Shown piece by piece: positions 42,855 to 61,440 of a stretch of 64,000 nt of DNA (positions are counted from its first letter, which is position 1; each line of letters opens with the position of its first letter). Source of the stretch: the human T2T-CHM13v2.0 reference genome, Homo sapiens. Where the stretch lies: assembly GCF_009914755.1 (NCBI RefSeq), contig NC_060930.1. One strand, given 5' to 3'. Below the pieces are notes generated by a model. It made no database searches, was not told the origin of the DNA, and saw nothing but the letters and a program-made list of their open reading frames with translations. The translations under genes and the position numbers were made by a program.

Positions 42855-43260
42855 GAAGGAAGATGCTAGAGCTGCTGGGAGGAAGTGGGAGAATTGTCAG
42901 GCACCAGCATGGCCCAGGAAGCCCCTGACTACTGCAGAGTGTAGGGGTAAGTGAAGAAAACGAAAATTAGGACATCATAATCGCCTTCTTCTTAATGAGG
43001 AAATACATTACGCAAGTTGGGATTTTTTATTTGTAGTTACTTCTGTGAATGGATGATATTTCTTCACAATTTTACATTGATTCTTTGCATCATAAAGGAA
43101 TTAATTTGTTACCATTTGATATTATATTGACTCTTTTATAGCTATGATAATTTTGGAGAAAATCTTTGATGTTTTCAAACATATAAGGAGAAGGAAATAA
43201 TATTTAATTATTTAATTAGTAATTATTATTTTATTTCTTCTTCATATAAAAATGTGGTGA

Positions 43261-43599
<339 letters not shown>

Positions 43600-43666
43600 A
43601 ATGTGGTGATACAAAGAACCCCACTTTAAATTTTATGTTTAAGAACAATTTCTTTTTCTCCTTTAT

Positions 43667-43670
<4 letters not shown>

Positions 43671-43730
<60 letters not shown>

Positions 43731-43878
43731 AGACAGACAGGGTCTCATTCTGTTAACCAGGCTGGAGTGCAGTAGTACGATCTCAGTTCACCATAGCCTG
43801 CACCTCCTGGGCTCAAACAATGCTGCCACTCAGCCTGCCCAGTAGCTGGCACCACAGGCACATGCCACCATGTGCCTG
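43671..43878 (-). repeat. (TG)n(AG)n microsatellite and Alu right arm
   Basis: Read directly. Confidence 0.88.
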
Positions 43879-44382
43879 CATGTTAATTCATGTACTTCCT
43901 CTTTCCCAAGTTCTCTAGTTTATAGCATGTCCTTTCCTGAGGAACATAAATCACATGTTATTGTCTGCCTTTCATCCTGAGAGGAAGGAGATAATCACAT
44001 GGCCATTTTATGCTTGAAGGATTTGGTGATCACTGGGTCCAATGAAGAGCCTCAGGATGAGTCAGTGTGGTTTTACCCAGGCATGGAGAAATTAACTTCT
44101 TGATGATGATCAAGTCTTCTTATTAAATAGGAGTGCAACTGATAGAGGATCTTCTTACATTTGCTTTATTTCATGGTGCTGCCCAAATTCATGCTGTACC
44201 CTCAGCAGCAAGGAGTGGGACCATTACTCCTGGCGTTCCCAGATGGAACAGACACCAAGCCTGGCTTTGCCACTGAACACAATACAGGACTGATAAAGGT
44301 CAGTTCTTAGGAATATGCTTCCCAAATGTAGAAATCAACATAAGATCCCAATTTTAAATAATAGGTATAATAGCATAATATA

Positions 44383-44659
<277 letters not shown>

Positions 44660-44922
44660 GCATAATACATTATCGTTCTCTTTATATATAATTTGTACTA
44701 AGTTATAGATACACACTTATTCCATAACTCTATGTTCACCAGATCACCTCTTGCAGGTTGTACAGTGAAAACACATCCTTAGTTTCAAAAGATGTGTGTA
44801 TACCAGATTTTTCAGACATAGGCTTGGTTTTAGAATACAGTTTACTATGATTTTTGTAATTCATCTTAATTGATGTTTAATACCGAGAGAGAAGTCATAT
44901 TGTCTCCAGTCATTTCATGTTA

Positions 44923-45310
<388 letters not shown>

Positions 45311-45491
45311 TTAATACGAATTTTCAAAAATGGCAGAGCCTTAACCAAGCTTAAAGAGTTTTTCTTTCTTAACTGAACTTCTTGGATGTGACTACATGAA
45401 ATTTTGATGAAATATGGTCATAAATTATGATGACAAGTTAGTTTTGGGGGATTTTATATATTACCAGATACCAATGCCAGAGGAAGAGCTA

Positions 45492-45780
45492 TGTTAGGGG
45501 TCCTCAGAGCCACCCCAGGTGAGATGATGCCCTAGGAGGACTCACAGGGCTCATCATATGGTCCTACTCAGGGCTCTGATTCATTACAGTAAAAGGATGC
45601 AAAGCAAACTCAGCAGAGGGAAAGGCACACTGGGCAAAGCCTAAGAGAAACCAGGCTCAGGCTTCCAAGGATCCTGTCCCCCTGGAGCCACACAGGACAC
45701 ACTTAATTCCTCCCACAAGGAGCTGGGATGCCATGTGTAAAATATTGTCTACCAGGAAGTTCGTAACAGACCAGCACTAG
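45492..45780. mobile_element. Old LTR fragment (MER21/MER68-like)
   Basis: ggggtcctcagagccacccccagg...ggactcacagg...ttattacagtaaaaggatgcaaagc-type motifs. Confidence 0.5.
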
Positions 45781-45834
45781 GGCCTTTGGGGGCTTTGGGG
45801 GCCTTTGGGGGCCTTTGGGGGCTGAAGAAGTCAG

Positions 45835-46222
45835 ACTTCTTCAGAGAAACAGAATTTATTGGATATATATAGGTAGATAGATGAGTGGGGATTTATGCTG
45901 GGGATTCACTCCCTCAACTATGGAGGCTGAGGAGTTCCACGTTAGGCCTTCTGCAAGCTGCTGAGACAGGGGAGCCTGTAGCATGGCTCAGTCCAAGTCT
46001 GAAGGGCTGAGAACCGGGGGAGCTGGTGGAGTAACTCTGAGTCCAAGACCAAAAACCTGGGGGGCTGCTGGTGCAAGTCCCTGAGTGTGAAGGCCAGAGA
46101 ACCTGGAGATCTGATGTCCAAGGGGAGGAGAATATAGGACTCCCTACTCCAAAACAGAGAGAGAGTGAATTCACCTTTTTTCTGCCTTTTTGTTCTAGCC
46201 AGGCCTTCGGCCGACTGAATGA
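45835..46222. mobile_element. MLT2 (HERV-L LTR) fragment
   Basis: ttcttcagagaaacagaa...ggctcagtccaagtctgaaggg...tctgatgtccaagggg. Confidence 0.75.
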
Positions 46223-46665
46223 TGCAGTGAGCTGAAATCACACCACTGCACTTCAGCCTGGGCAACAGAGTGAGACTCTGTCTCCAAAAAAAAGAAAAAG
46301 AAAGTCATATATTGGTACAGAAGATACTCTTAAATCCTACTTTTCTGGAAATATTGGTTATTATAGAAGATATAGGACTAAATTCATTTTAAAATTTTTA
46401 TTTTGAAATTATTATTACAAATGTTTTATGAATCATATTAGCATATAGGCAAGTTTTGGAAAGCCAAAGTTACAAACCAGGGATTCAGATGAGTGTTCTG
46501 TGAAATTTTTAATTTTTGCAGAACACCATGAGAAATTACACATTTTCTATTCTATATTTCTTGTAGGAAATAGAGGCTGCCCATCTCTCAGTGCCACATA
46601 TGAGAAAGGGAAGTTGTCATTTTATATATCCACTGTCAAGCATCTTGGTAAAACAGAAGAAAGCA

Positions 46666-46935
46666 GGCTGGGCCTGGTGGCTCATGCCTATAATCCCAGC
46701 ACTTTGGGAGGCCAAGGAGGGCAGATAGCTTGACCAGCATGGGCAACATGGCAAAATCCTGTCTCTACAAAAAAATAAAAAAAAACAAAAAATAAATGTA
46801 GTCCCAGGTACTGAGGAAGCTGAGGCAGGAGGAACACTTGAGCCTGGGAGGTAAAGGCTTCAGTGAGCCGTGATAATGCCACTGCACTCCAGCCTAGACA
46901 ACAGAGTGAGACCCTGTCTCAAGAAAAAGAAAAAC
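46666..46935 (+). mobile_element. AluJ with deletions
   Basis: ggctgggcctggtggctcatgcc...gagtgagaccctgtctc. Confidence 0.82.
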
Positions 46936-47959
46936 AAGAGGGAGGCAATCTACTTTATACCCAGAGAATTTTACATGCAAGGAATTTGACTATGAATAAG
47001 CCTCCATTGCTTAAGAGAGACTTCACTATTTGGGATTTTAAGAAAGAAATACACAAACAAGCAAATCTCATCAGCAGAGGACTGAGAAACCAGTGTTTAT
47101 AATACCCAGTGATTAATGTAATATTGTCTTCAGTCATCATTAAAAGGGACTTAGTTTAAAAGTCATTTCGATTGATCGCCAACTCAGAGTCCTCAACATT
47201 TCACCTTTTGCTTTATGAAAAGAACTAGTAGATTAATTTAGAGTTTGACAAGGAGAAGCAGGTCTCCCTTGATTTTCTGTTTGGCCAAGAATTTATCCTA
47301 ACATGGTACCATCAGAATACTGTCAGAAAGCTGTGAGTCAACTCAGATTTCTCACCATTGAGTCAAGCCGTGAAGCCAGCTGTCTTGGGGGTAAGGATTT
47401 CCATACAGAAACACTGTAAGTAAATAATTTAGCACTTGTTTCCTATTCCTTTTTATTGGATAACTACAGAGAATTAAAACTGTGGGTTGTTTTGAATTCA
47501 CAAAAGAAATGTTTTAAAGCTTTCGAGGAAAAAGCCAGATTATCCATTGCAAAGCATCGAAATTCAAAATCATGTTAAGGCTATAGAGAAATAGGATCCT
47601 ATCCCCACCTAGTGGCCAACACTGAAATCTGGGCTTAGAACAGGAAACAAGGGAATTTGTCAACAATTTGGGAATACTCCAGCATTCTTTACAAAAAAAA
47701 GTTAGAGAAAAAGTTAAGCACACAAAAAACACAAGTCAAAATAAATACGACCAAATACATAGGTTTTGGCAGCACATAGATTTCTGTGGTTTTGCTATGC
47801 TTTTAGCAGCGGCTGTAAAAAGCATTGCACACTAAGCATTGCTAGATTGCCAAACAAACCTAATTACATTTTTTGTTTGGTTTTTTGTTTTTTTCAAAAC
47901 CTCCTAACCTCTGTGACCTAATTATGTTTTTAATGAGTTGATTGTAAAAACTAACATCA

Positions 47960-48152
47960 GCGAATACAAAATTTCAGTTAGACAGGAGGAATAAATTCAA
48001 GATATGTACTGTACAACATGGTGACTCTAGTTAATAACAATGTACTGTGTACTTGAATATTGCTAAGTGAATAATTTTAAGTGTTCTCACCCAACACAAA
48101 AAATATGTAAGGTAATGCACATATTAATTAGCTTGATTTAGCCATTAAACAA

Positions 48153-48197
<45 letters not shown>

Positions 48198-48250
48198 ATC
48201 ATATTGTATACCATAAACAGATTCAATTTTTGTCAATTAAAGAATTAAAT
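47960..48250 (+). mobile_element. L1M 3' end with (TG)n(TA)n
   Basis: tacaaaatttcagttagacaggaggaataa...attaattagcttgatttagcc. Confidence 0.8.
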
Positions 48251-50084
48251 GAATACATATATTTTTGTTGCACAGATGTATGAGAGATTGATCAATAAAG
48301 ATTCTAAAATATTTGTTAAAAGTTACAAACTGAGGGAAAGCCTTCGACATCGTATTTGCAAGAAAGAAAGTGTACATAGTTAGACAGTCCTAGTATCTGT
48401 AAAGTGGGTGTGATCATCGGAGAGCAATCCCTTGAGCAGTGCTGTCCTATACAATGTTCTGCTGTTAGGGAAATGTTCTGTATCTATCCAACCGAGCCGC
48501 CACTAGCCACAGGTGGCTCTTGAGCACTTAAAATGCTAGCAGCTGGTGAGACGAAGGGGCTGAAGTTCTCATTTAATTTCAAATTAAGGCAGAACCGCCT
48601 ATAAGAGAAAGTGCTAAAGAATTGGAAAAATGAAAAAGAATTTGAGAACCCAGTGGGAATGGAGCTAACGTGTATGGTCATGGCTCATTAGATTTGGGGA
48701 TATCGGAATCCCAACAGCACAATGGGCTCATTAGAAAATTAACAAGGTTACAAAACAGGTTAAAGGAAGTATCAAAAATAGTCCAATTTTAGCAGATACA
48801 GAAGCTGCAAATTTAGCAGTAGTTTTGGCAAACCCTCAATTCATGTAATTTAACAGTGCTAGGGACCAAACCGAAGGGGAATGCCAAGACAAAAAGCTTA
48901 TAAACGTTAAGAGCTCATTTCTCTTAGAACATACAGAAACAGGGCACTTCCACACCTTCGATTCATTCTCCAAGCTTAAAGAGCTTTGCCCTAAAACCAG
49001 ATCCTCTCATACGATGGGACAAACAGCCCCAATGTTCTTCCCTCCAGATCTGTTCCAACCTGTGTCTGGAGACACTCTGCACTCACGTTAAAACAGTTTA
49101 GACAAAGGACAATGTTTAGGAATTCCAGAAACTTTGGGATATAACATCAATGGCAACTTTTAATTAGGAAAACCCAATCTAATAAGAAGGGCTATTTTGA
49201 ATACCAGGGTATGTGGAGGGGAAAGTATGAAGGTGGAAGGTTATGAAACATTAATGGGAGATACAGAGAACCAAGAAAGCTTCTATGGTGATTTCTCCTG
49301 CCCCTGGGCATGTTATCTGAACTTACGATTGCAACTGTGGGAGCTGGAAAAGCTCTTAAGAACCTCTAGAATTCCACTTCCCCACAAAACAACGTAATAT
49401 GAAATAGTGACAAATCCCTAGGAGAATATGTAAAATAACAATTATGATAACATTGTTGGAGAAATCTGAGATAAAGAGTAGGACTCTTTAACAACTCATT
49501 TTGGCCAGTCAAAAGGGAGGTGGAGCTTGGAAGTGAATTGTGAATTACACCGATATTAAGAAAAGCAGCTAATTCTGAAGTAGTATTAAGTGGCAGTGAC
49601 TATTCTAATCACTTTAAATATTTAACTCAATTATGAAAAAAATGTGATTAGCACTGTACATGATATTATTTCCTTAGTAGAAGATCTTGCTAAATCAACC
49701 CTTGATTAGCATTCATGCATCAATCTGGCTGATGTATCCTTTTCAATCCCAATAAATTATATTCACCAACAGTCTGCCTTCACTTGGCAGCCCCAACCTT
49801 TACTAAGTTGCCAGAGTAAATTCTCCCACCTCCGAGGTACAATCCATTGAGCAAAATTTAAACAGCCTAAATCCAATTCAAGAATTAACATTGTTTTATT
49901 ATCCTAATGACACATTAACCAGGAGTGACTTGAAAAAAGCTGTGTCCATGAGGAAACTTTTTGGGGTAATAGAAATATTATCTTCATTGTAGTAGTAGTT
50001 ACACAATGAATATGTTTGTCAAACTCATAAACAACTGTACAGCTATGGTTTCACTGTATTTAAATTATATCTCAGTAAACCTGA

Positions 50085-50430
<346 letters not shown>

Positions 50431-50701
50431 TAAAGCAACTGCATCAAAAACCTCTGTCTTCCATTATTAATTTTATGAGTTAAAAGAAACAGACTATAAA
50501 AGAGCACAAATTTTGGTAAAATTTTGGGGAGAAAAATTCTGCCCAAGACCAGGTAAAAGCCTTTGTGCTTGAAAGCCCCCAACTTGAAAAAGAGGAACAG
50601 AAATTAATTGGCGTGTTTGAATTATGAAGACTGCATATCCCACATCTGTATTAAACTTGGGTCTCTTCATTGAATTATGTGGGTCCTTAAAAGAGCCTCA
50701 G

Positions 50702-50900
50702 AGCTGTGCTGTCTAATATGGTAGCACTAGCTAGCTACCTGTGGCCATTTAAATTAAATAAAATTAAAATTGAATTTCAAATTGAGTTTCTTAGTGCACT
50801 AGCCATGTTTCAAGTGCTCAATAGCCACATGTGAATAGTGGCCACCACATTAAATTGCATAAATGTAGAACATTTCCATCATCACAGAAAGTGCTCACAG
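50702..50900. mobile_element. MER3 DNA transposon (related piece at ~48438-48590)
   Basis: gctgtctaatatggtagcactagc...gaacatttccatcatcacagaaag. Confidence 0.75.
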
Positions 50901-51048
50901 ACTTAGAGGCCAAACTGTCTTAGAGGCCAAACAGGTATATAGACCACTGGAGTTTAATGACTTAAGTATTGAATACAAAATTAGGTGGCATATGTCTCTG
51001 AAAATTCAATTGGCTGATATTTCTAACCATTAAAACCATCTTGAGATG

Positions 51049-52475
<1,427 letters not shown>

Positions 52476-52752
52476 AAGTCTTGATCCACGTTGCAAATAT
52501 CCTAGTGGTGTACTAACAAAGCCAGAGGCCTCCTCAGACAGCCAGACACCTCAGAGGCAGACATATATGCAGAGGTAACTAATGGTGGCCTCACGAGGAA
52601 AGGGGGCAGCTACTCCATGAGCACAAGCTCTAGATACTTAGCCTTCAAATACTTCAAAAAACAAAACAATCCCTCGGGGAGAGATTTCCGAGCAAAACAA
52701 AACAGCCCATTTGTTTTTAGACTCCTGCTATAATGCTTTGCCTAAAGGTATT

Positions 52753-53022
52753 GGCCAAGGCGGGTGGATCACTTGAGGTCAGGAGTTTGAGACCAGCCTG
52801 ACCAACGTGGTGAAACTCCATCTCTACTAAAAATACAAAAATTAGCCAGGCATGGTGGCACATGCCTGTAATCCCAGCTACTCAGGAGGCTGAGGCAGGA
52901 GAATCGCTAGAACCTGGGGAGCGGAGGTTGCAGTGAGCTGAGATCCACTACTGCACTCCAGCCTGGGTGACAGAGCAAGACTCCCTCTCAAAAAAAAAAA
53001 AAAAAGAAAAAACGAAAAAAAA
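52753..53022 (+). mobile_element. 5'-truncated AluS
   Basis: Begins ggccaaggcgggtggatcac. Confidence 0.88.
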
Positions 53023-53984
53023 GAGGGGTTGTCCTTATTTCCCCTTTCTCCTTCAGCTGACTGGAACACAAACATGAAAGCTGGAATTCAAGCAGTCATA
53101 TTGGACCTGAGAGAGAAGAGCTATGTTGAGGCTGGTGGAAGAAAAAGATAGATAGAAGGAACCTGAGTCTCTGACACTTAAACACTACACCAGCCCTAGG
53201 GTTGCATGTGAGAGAGAAATGAACTTCTATCTTGGTGGAGACACTGTTGTTTCCAGGGTTTTCTGTTTCTCACAGCTGAAGCTAATCCTAACCAAGCAGA
53301 ACAAGCACAAAGTCATCAAAACATAAACTGGAGTTTGCAAAGCACATGTCACTTCCAAGCATCAGATACAGTAAAATGATGAGATGTTTTTCCCAAGCCC
53401 TGGCTCAGGACCCTCCCTAACAGCTCCCCGACAAGCCCTTTGTCTTCTTAGTAATCATGCCTTGCATGGTGCCTTTTCCAACATCATGCCCCTCCGTGGA
53501 GCTCATTAGTAAGGAGCAAGTGAGATTCTTTTTATTTATCTAATCAGTGAATTCCAAAAACTGACAAACAGGATAAAGAAGGAATACCAGCCACTGTTAT
53601 GAATGTCAATAAGACATTTGTTCAGTTCAGGACCATCTCAATTTCAGAAGGGACCTGCATAGATTTATTTGCAGTAATAAATCAATAACAATTCAGTGGC
53701 AATTATACTTCCCAGTTTCCCACACTGCATCTATAGCTTCCAGGTACAAGTCTTAGTATCTTCAAAGCATTTGCAATAGCCATAAAATGGCTCTTTCATG
53801 ACAGCAAAGTGGTGGCAGGCATTTCTACAGCTAAGGGGTGCCGAACACGTCTCATGCGTCTTTTCTTTATTGGTGAATGTCATGTTTGACAGTGATGTAA
53901 ATGGAACAGCTATTATGAAAAACGTGCTTATAGTTTAGCCAAAGAAAATATGTAAGGGTAACATTGTAGGAGGGTGGAGTGTAA

Positions 53985-54892
<908 letters not shown>

Positions 54893-55210
54893 TAGAGCAG
54901 AGGTTCTCAACACAGCCTGCACTTTGGAATTGCCTGGGGAAATTTTACACAAGTCCCTTTGCTCACGCCCCAAATGGGTTGAATCCAGATCTCTAAGGGT
55001 GAGCACAGGTGGGCATGACTATTTTTAACAGTTCTTCTAGATTAGTGATTCCCAATTTTTTTAAATCTCAATTTGAAAAAAATCTCTCAATGTTTTAAGA
55101 GTATAAACCCCTTAAATTACTGAAAACACTGAAAAGCTTTACTTACAATATTGTTATTGATATTTACTGTATTCAAAATTAGAACTGAAAAAGATTTTTA
55201 ACATGTATTA

Positions 55211-55594
<384 letters not shown>

Positions 55595-57652
55595 TTAAAT
55601 AAATTACGGAAAATGTAGATCTTTAAAGAATTAGAAGACCATCAGCTTTATTTGGATCATGAGTCAAACACACACACACACACACACACACACAAAACCT
55701 ACAAAACAATCTTGGAAATCTGAACACTGACTGGATATTTGATGACAACAGGAATGATTATTAAAATTGTGGTAACAGAATTGTGATTACATTTTAAGAG
55801 TAAACCAGTAAAATCTTTAACAAAGACACAAGGAGGGCCCATGGATCCATTATGTACAGTAGCCACAGTGCCTAGGGCCCACAATACTCCCATGGCAATG
55901 TTTACATTTCTTTTAAAATAGAAAAAAAATTAAGGTTGAAGAAAATATTTTAATATATAATATTAATATAGTTGCCTGTGTATCAACACAATCATAAGTA
56001 TGATTTCAAATTTATTGTTTAGAAAAGTGCATAGGGCCCGCAGAAGTCACAATGCAGCCCTGGATATAACGGCCATGAAAGTTTATGTGCTGAATCACAA
56101 AGTGGCAAAATATGAACTGGCAGAGATGTCGGCCTCTGAGGTTAGAGAGGTCATGGCCACAGCTGCTGAATGTGACTTTGGGTTGCCCATCCAGGAGATT
56201 GGGTGGCAGGGAGAGCAAATGTGATCATGAAGGGGCTGGTTGTATCACGCTGGTCAAATGCATACAAAGGAGTCTGTTTAGACAGAAGCGAAGAAGGGAA
56301 AGCAAGCGGACACCTCCTGGGGGCCTCAGGATCCCACATTATCTGGAAACAGTGCCCCCAACACCCCTCCACCTCCACCAAAAGGCATCCTACATACCTC
56401 TTGGTTGGTACACTGGGCCCTCAGCCACAGAAAATTGGTTCTCAGGGACAGAGATAACCCAAGCTAAGCCAATCAGATTGTCTCTCCATGACTTTGAACC
56501 ATGGGGCCCAGAGACACAGAGGTCAAGAGCAGCTCTGCTGAGCGGTGAGTATCCACACTCCAGGGACAAAGTCCATGAGCCCCTGAGGTTCCCAGAACTG
56601 CTCTCAGTCTTCCCTATTGAGTCAACTCTGTCTTCAAATCCTGAGAAACCCAATATTTTTACAATCAATTCCTTTTGGAGCTTAAGCTATTCTGAATCAG
56701 ATTTTGCGATTTGTAACAAGAAAATAATAATAGTAAGTATAGAGTTTTAACAGCACTAAAATCAAAAGTGGAAAAGGGACAGCAGCATGCCCCAGACACC
56801 CGTGTGTCAGCAATAACCAAGACATGGAGATGGAACCAAGACAGCTTGTCAGGTCCCTCCCCTCACTTTCCATTGCAAAGGCTGTCAGTAAAGGGGGAAT
56901 TATTCCTTTACAGAGCAAGTATTATCCCACTTTGCAGGTGAAGAAACTGATGCTGAGGTTAAGTGTGCAACTCAGAAGCAAAGCATCCCTGACAAGCTAA
57001 GGGAAGGAGAACTCTCAGTTGGAAATACAGAGAGGCCCGCTGCCAGCTAGAATCAGTGCCACCTTTGGCCCTAAGTCTGCTCAACCCACCCAAAACTAGA
57101 CCACCTGCCACTCAAACTCTTTTGTCTGAGTCCCTCTCTCCCCAGGGCCCCAATCAAACAGGGTGCTATTTCTCATCTTCTCCCTAACCCTAATGTCTCT
57201 GAAACATGTTTGTTGGGTTTGGGGTTTGTTTGTTTCTATAGATTTGCAGTTCTAAAAGTAAGGAAAACCTGCAGGTATTAATACAAATAACCACAACTGG
57301 GAAGGGATGGAATTATAAGAAATCTCTCCCAGCATTAGTAATACCAGTATGCCTTATTTCATGAGGAGAGCAGGCCGATTACCTGACCCAACAATATAGC
57401 CCAGGCCCGGGGGAGATGTGAACACAATGAGGAAGATATCTCTATGACCCACATTCTTTGGCCTGAGGCTCTGCCGGAGTCCAAGCCTGTTATAGGTGAA
57501 GTGGCCAAGACCTGGAACATGACCTTTACATGAGCTGCTGTACAGCCAGTGTGGCTTTTATCTGTTGTACTTTGGGAAATCATCCATGCCTCAGGAACCA
57601 AAAGTCCTTCAACCTAGAGTAAGGCGTTTTTAATAGAAAGAGAGGCCAGATA

Positions 57653-58239
<587 letters not shown>

Positions 58240-58756
58240 GAGAGGCCAGAGCGAAGTACACAAAATGGATTGACCTGCTCCTGCCAACTGAGGGAAAGCC
58301 AGACAGGGTGATATGCTGGCTCTCGCTGAAGCTGAGAGCTGTGTTCATTCTACCATCCTGGCCGTGTGGGGAGAGCCCTAAAGGAGAAGCCCATGTAGAT
58401 ATCCTTGGTCTTTATTCAAGGACTAGCAGGACAGGTCTTCCCTACTGAGATGGCAGTCTGCTGTCAGTGCCAGTTCCCATGAAACTACTCTGAAGATGAA
58501 AGAAAAGATAACAGAAGGCCAGTTATAAGCACTTAAGGTGACTTCTGCTTACTCTAGGTTTGAGTTGAGAAACATAGCTATGGCCTACACATGTACAGTC
58601 TGTGAACTGCACAGCTCGACAGAAAGAAGCTCCAGTGTGGCCCTGATGCTCCCTGCTGACCACACCACACTTGCAGGAAAATGGGCTAAACAACCACAAA
58701 ACAAGGTGGCCACCAGCTACTACACAGAAACTTATTTCTGAGGCAGCTGGAGCCCT

Positions 58757-59282
58757 TTGTTTGTTTGTTTGTCTGTTTGTGATGGGGTATCTCTCTGTCA
58801 CCCAGGCTGGAGTGCAGTGGCAAGAGCATAGCTCACTGCAACCTCAAACTCCTGGGCTCAAGTGAACCTCCTGCCTGAGTCTCCTGAGTAGCTGCAACTA
58901 CAGGCACATGCCACCATGCCCAGCTAATTTTTAAATTATTTTTTTGTAGAGAAAAAGGGCCGTGCGTGATGGCTCATACCTGTAATCTCAGCACTTTGGG
59001 AGGCCGAGATGGGCAGATCTCTTGAGCCCAGGAGTTCTAGACCAGCCTGGGAAACAGGGCAAAATCCCATCTCTACAAAAAATACAAAAACTAGTGGTAC
59101 ATGCCTGGAGACCCAGCTACTCGGGAGGCTGAGGTGGGAGGATGGCTGGAACCCACGGAGGTCGAGGCTGCAGTGAACCTTGATCTTGCCACTCCACTCC
59201 AGCCTGAGTGACAGAGACCCTGTCTCAAAGAAAGAGAGAAAGAGAGAGAGAGAAGGAGTTTTGCTTTGTTGCCCAGGCTGAG
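58757..59282. mobile_element. Plus-strand Alu (58958-59230) nested in a minus-strand Alu
   Basis: Minus right arm 58757-58951 resumes at ~59256 gagttttgctttgttgcccaggctg. Confidence 0.8.
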
Positions 59283-59606
59283 AGCCTTGTTTTGACTCAC
59301 TCCCTCCTCTGTCTCATCTCCACCCCCACCTGCCCTGGTCCATTCAAAACTACAAACCTCAGCATGCAAGACAGCCAAGGGAGGGCAAGAACAGCTCTGT
59401 GTAGCCCATGGCCTTCTAGGATATGTGGTGCTCCCAGGTACAGTGATATAAGTGGTCTGTAAGTTATTTTTATTTTATTTCACAAGTTATTTTTTAACCA
59501 TAAGTTACAGATGCTAAAAATATAAGCCCAAAGCTGAAAAGCAGCTCCAAGGGTGTGACAGGCCAGAGGACCCACCCCACAGCCCTCCCTCTATACATGA
59601 TCTCCC

Positions 59607-59968
<362 letters not shown>

Positions 59969-60859
59969 TCACTTGCCTTTTCAAACACCATCTATGACTC
60001 TTAGTTTTTGGGTTCAAGTTCAACTCCTTCCATAAGCAGTCAATACTTTTCAGAATTTGGCCCCTCCAACAAGAGTTTATGTTCTGCCCCAATCAAACCC
60101 AAAGTAGTTCCCTAAAGCCTCTGCCTTTCTCTTCCCTATCTCCTCCCACCCCACCCAGAAGCCTCCATTGCCCACCAGCCAATGGAGACACTGCCACTAC
60201 CCACAGGCCCAGAGGCCTGGGCACTTGCCCTGTTCACACCCAGCCCCACCCCAAAACCCCGCCTCTACAGCCCTGCCCTTAAACCCCTCCCACCCTTCCT
60301 TAGAGCCTGGCTCTAGCTTTCTGGAGGGGAGGAAGAAGTTAGCTGCCAAGAGAAGGCTGTGGGCCTGGCCTCCTCAACAGCAACTTGGCACAGACTCCCT
60401 CGTGAAACTGTTAGATGGGGTTGGTTGGCAGCACTGTGTAATTAAATAGGCTTTTGTGGATTGGCCTGGGGACTTAGCCGCCGTATATAAATGTTATTCG
60501 AGTGACTGTACAGCATTGTTTCCATGCAGAAAAGCCCTCGGAACTCAGAGCATCTGACCAAACGTGACCTTTGGGAAAGTCCTCTTGCTGTTCGGGGGGC
60601 GACCTCTGCGGGTTTGGCTCCAGCTGCAGAAAGAGCGCCAAAGAAATCTCAACTCCAGCCCGGCTAGGCTGGGAGTGGGTGCGGGAGAAACAGATGGGGG
60701 GCACCTATTTAGATCTGATCTTCTCTTAATGTGACCCTGAGAGGGAGGGAAGGGGGTGTCTGAAGCCCCTGGGCCTTGGATATTGAGATGGAGAGCATGG
60801 GTGATCCCAGAAAACCTATCCACCACCGGACCCCTGACAGATGAGATCAGGGGCTTCTT

Positions 60860-61440
60860 CCTCCATTCGGCCTTCGGGGTCAGGGGGTTCAGCGGGTGAC
60901 AAGGGAGAGGCGTCTGAGGGACCGGGATTATTCAGCTGACCCGGTGCGGGGCCGCGTTCTCAGCGCGGGCACTAGGGGGCGGCAGAGGCGGAGGCGCCAG
61001 CGCCGAGGAGAGGCTTCCACCCTCGAGAAGTTTTTCCGCGCACCCGCCCGGGCCAGAGTGGCCGTCTAGACGCCCACGTGGGGCTTCCTGCGATCGAGAA
61101 TGGGTTGGGACCGGGACGGCCAAGCCGATGCTGTCGGGGACACGCTGGGAGGAAGAAGTACGGGGAGGAGGGGCGGGGGCGCAGCCTACCCGGGCTCGGG
61201 CTCGGGGTGAAGGGCAGCCCTGCCAGGCCCGCCCCGAGGCCGCGGATGCGAAACCGGGACACAAAGGCACGCACTCTTGATTCTGGCGCCCGCGAGGAAG
61301 AGGGTTGAGGAAGAGGAAATTGGGATGAGGCCCTGGAACACGTTTTAATGCAGCGCCCTGACAGGCAGGAGCCAGGCAATACTGCTTGGGAATGTGAAGC
61401 CCCATGGGCACCAGCTAGGGGGTCCCGGCTGCGCGGCCAG
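60860..61440. promoter_or_regulatory. CpG island with CTCF motif downstream of COL11A2
   Basis: Dense CpG, GC boxes; ggcactagggggcggcag at 60968-60985. Confidence 0.7.

Noticed and set aside
47603-47620. CTCF-like GGCCACTAGGTGGGGAT on the minus strand
   Set aside because: The 3' half departs from consensus; too weak without ChIP data.
56112-56750. 212-aa ORF
   Set aside because: No recognisable domain or splice structure; overlaps an apparent old MaLR-type LTR.
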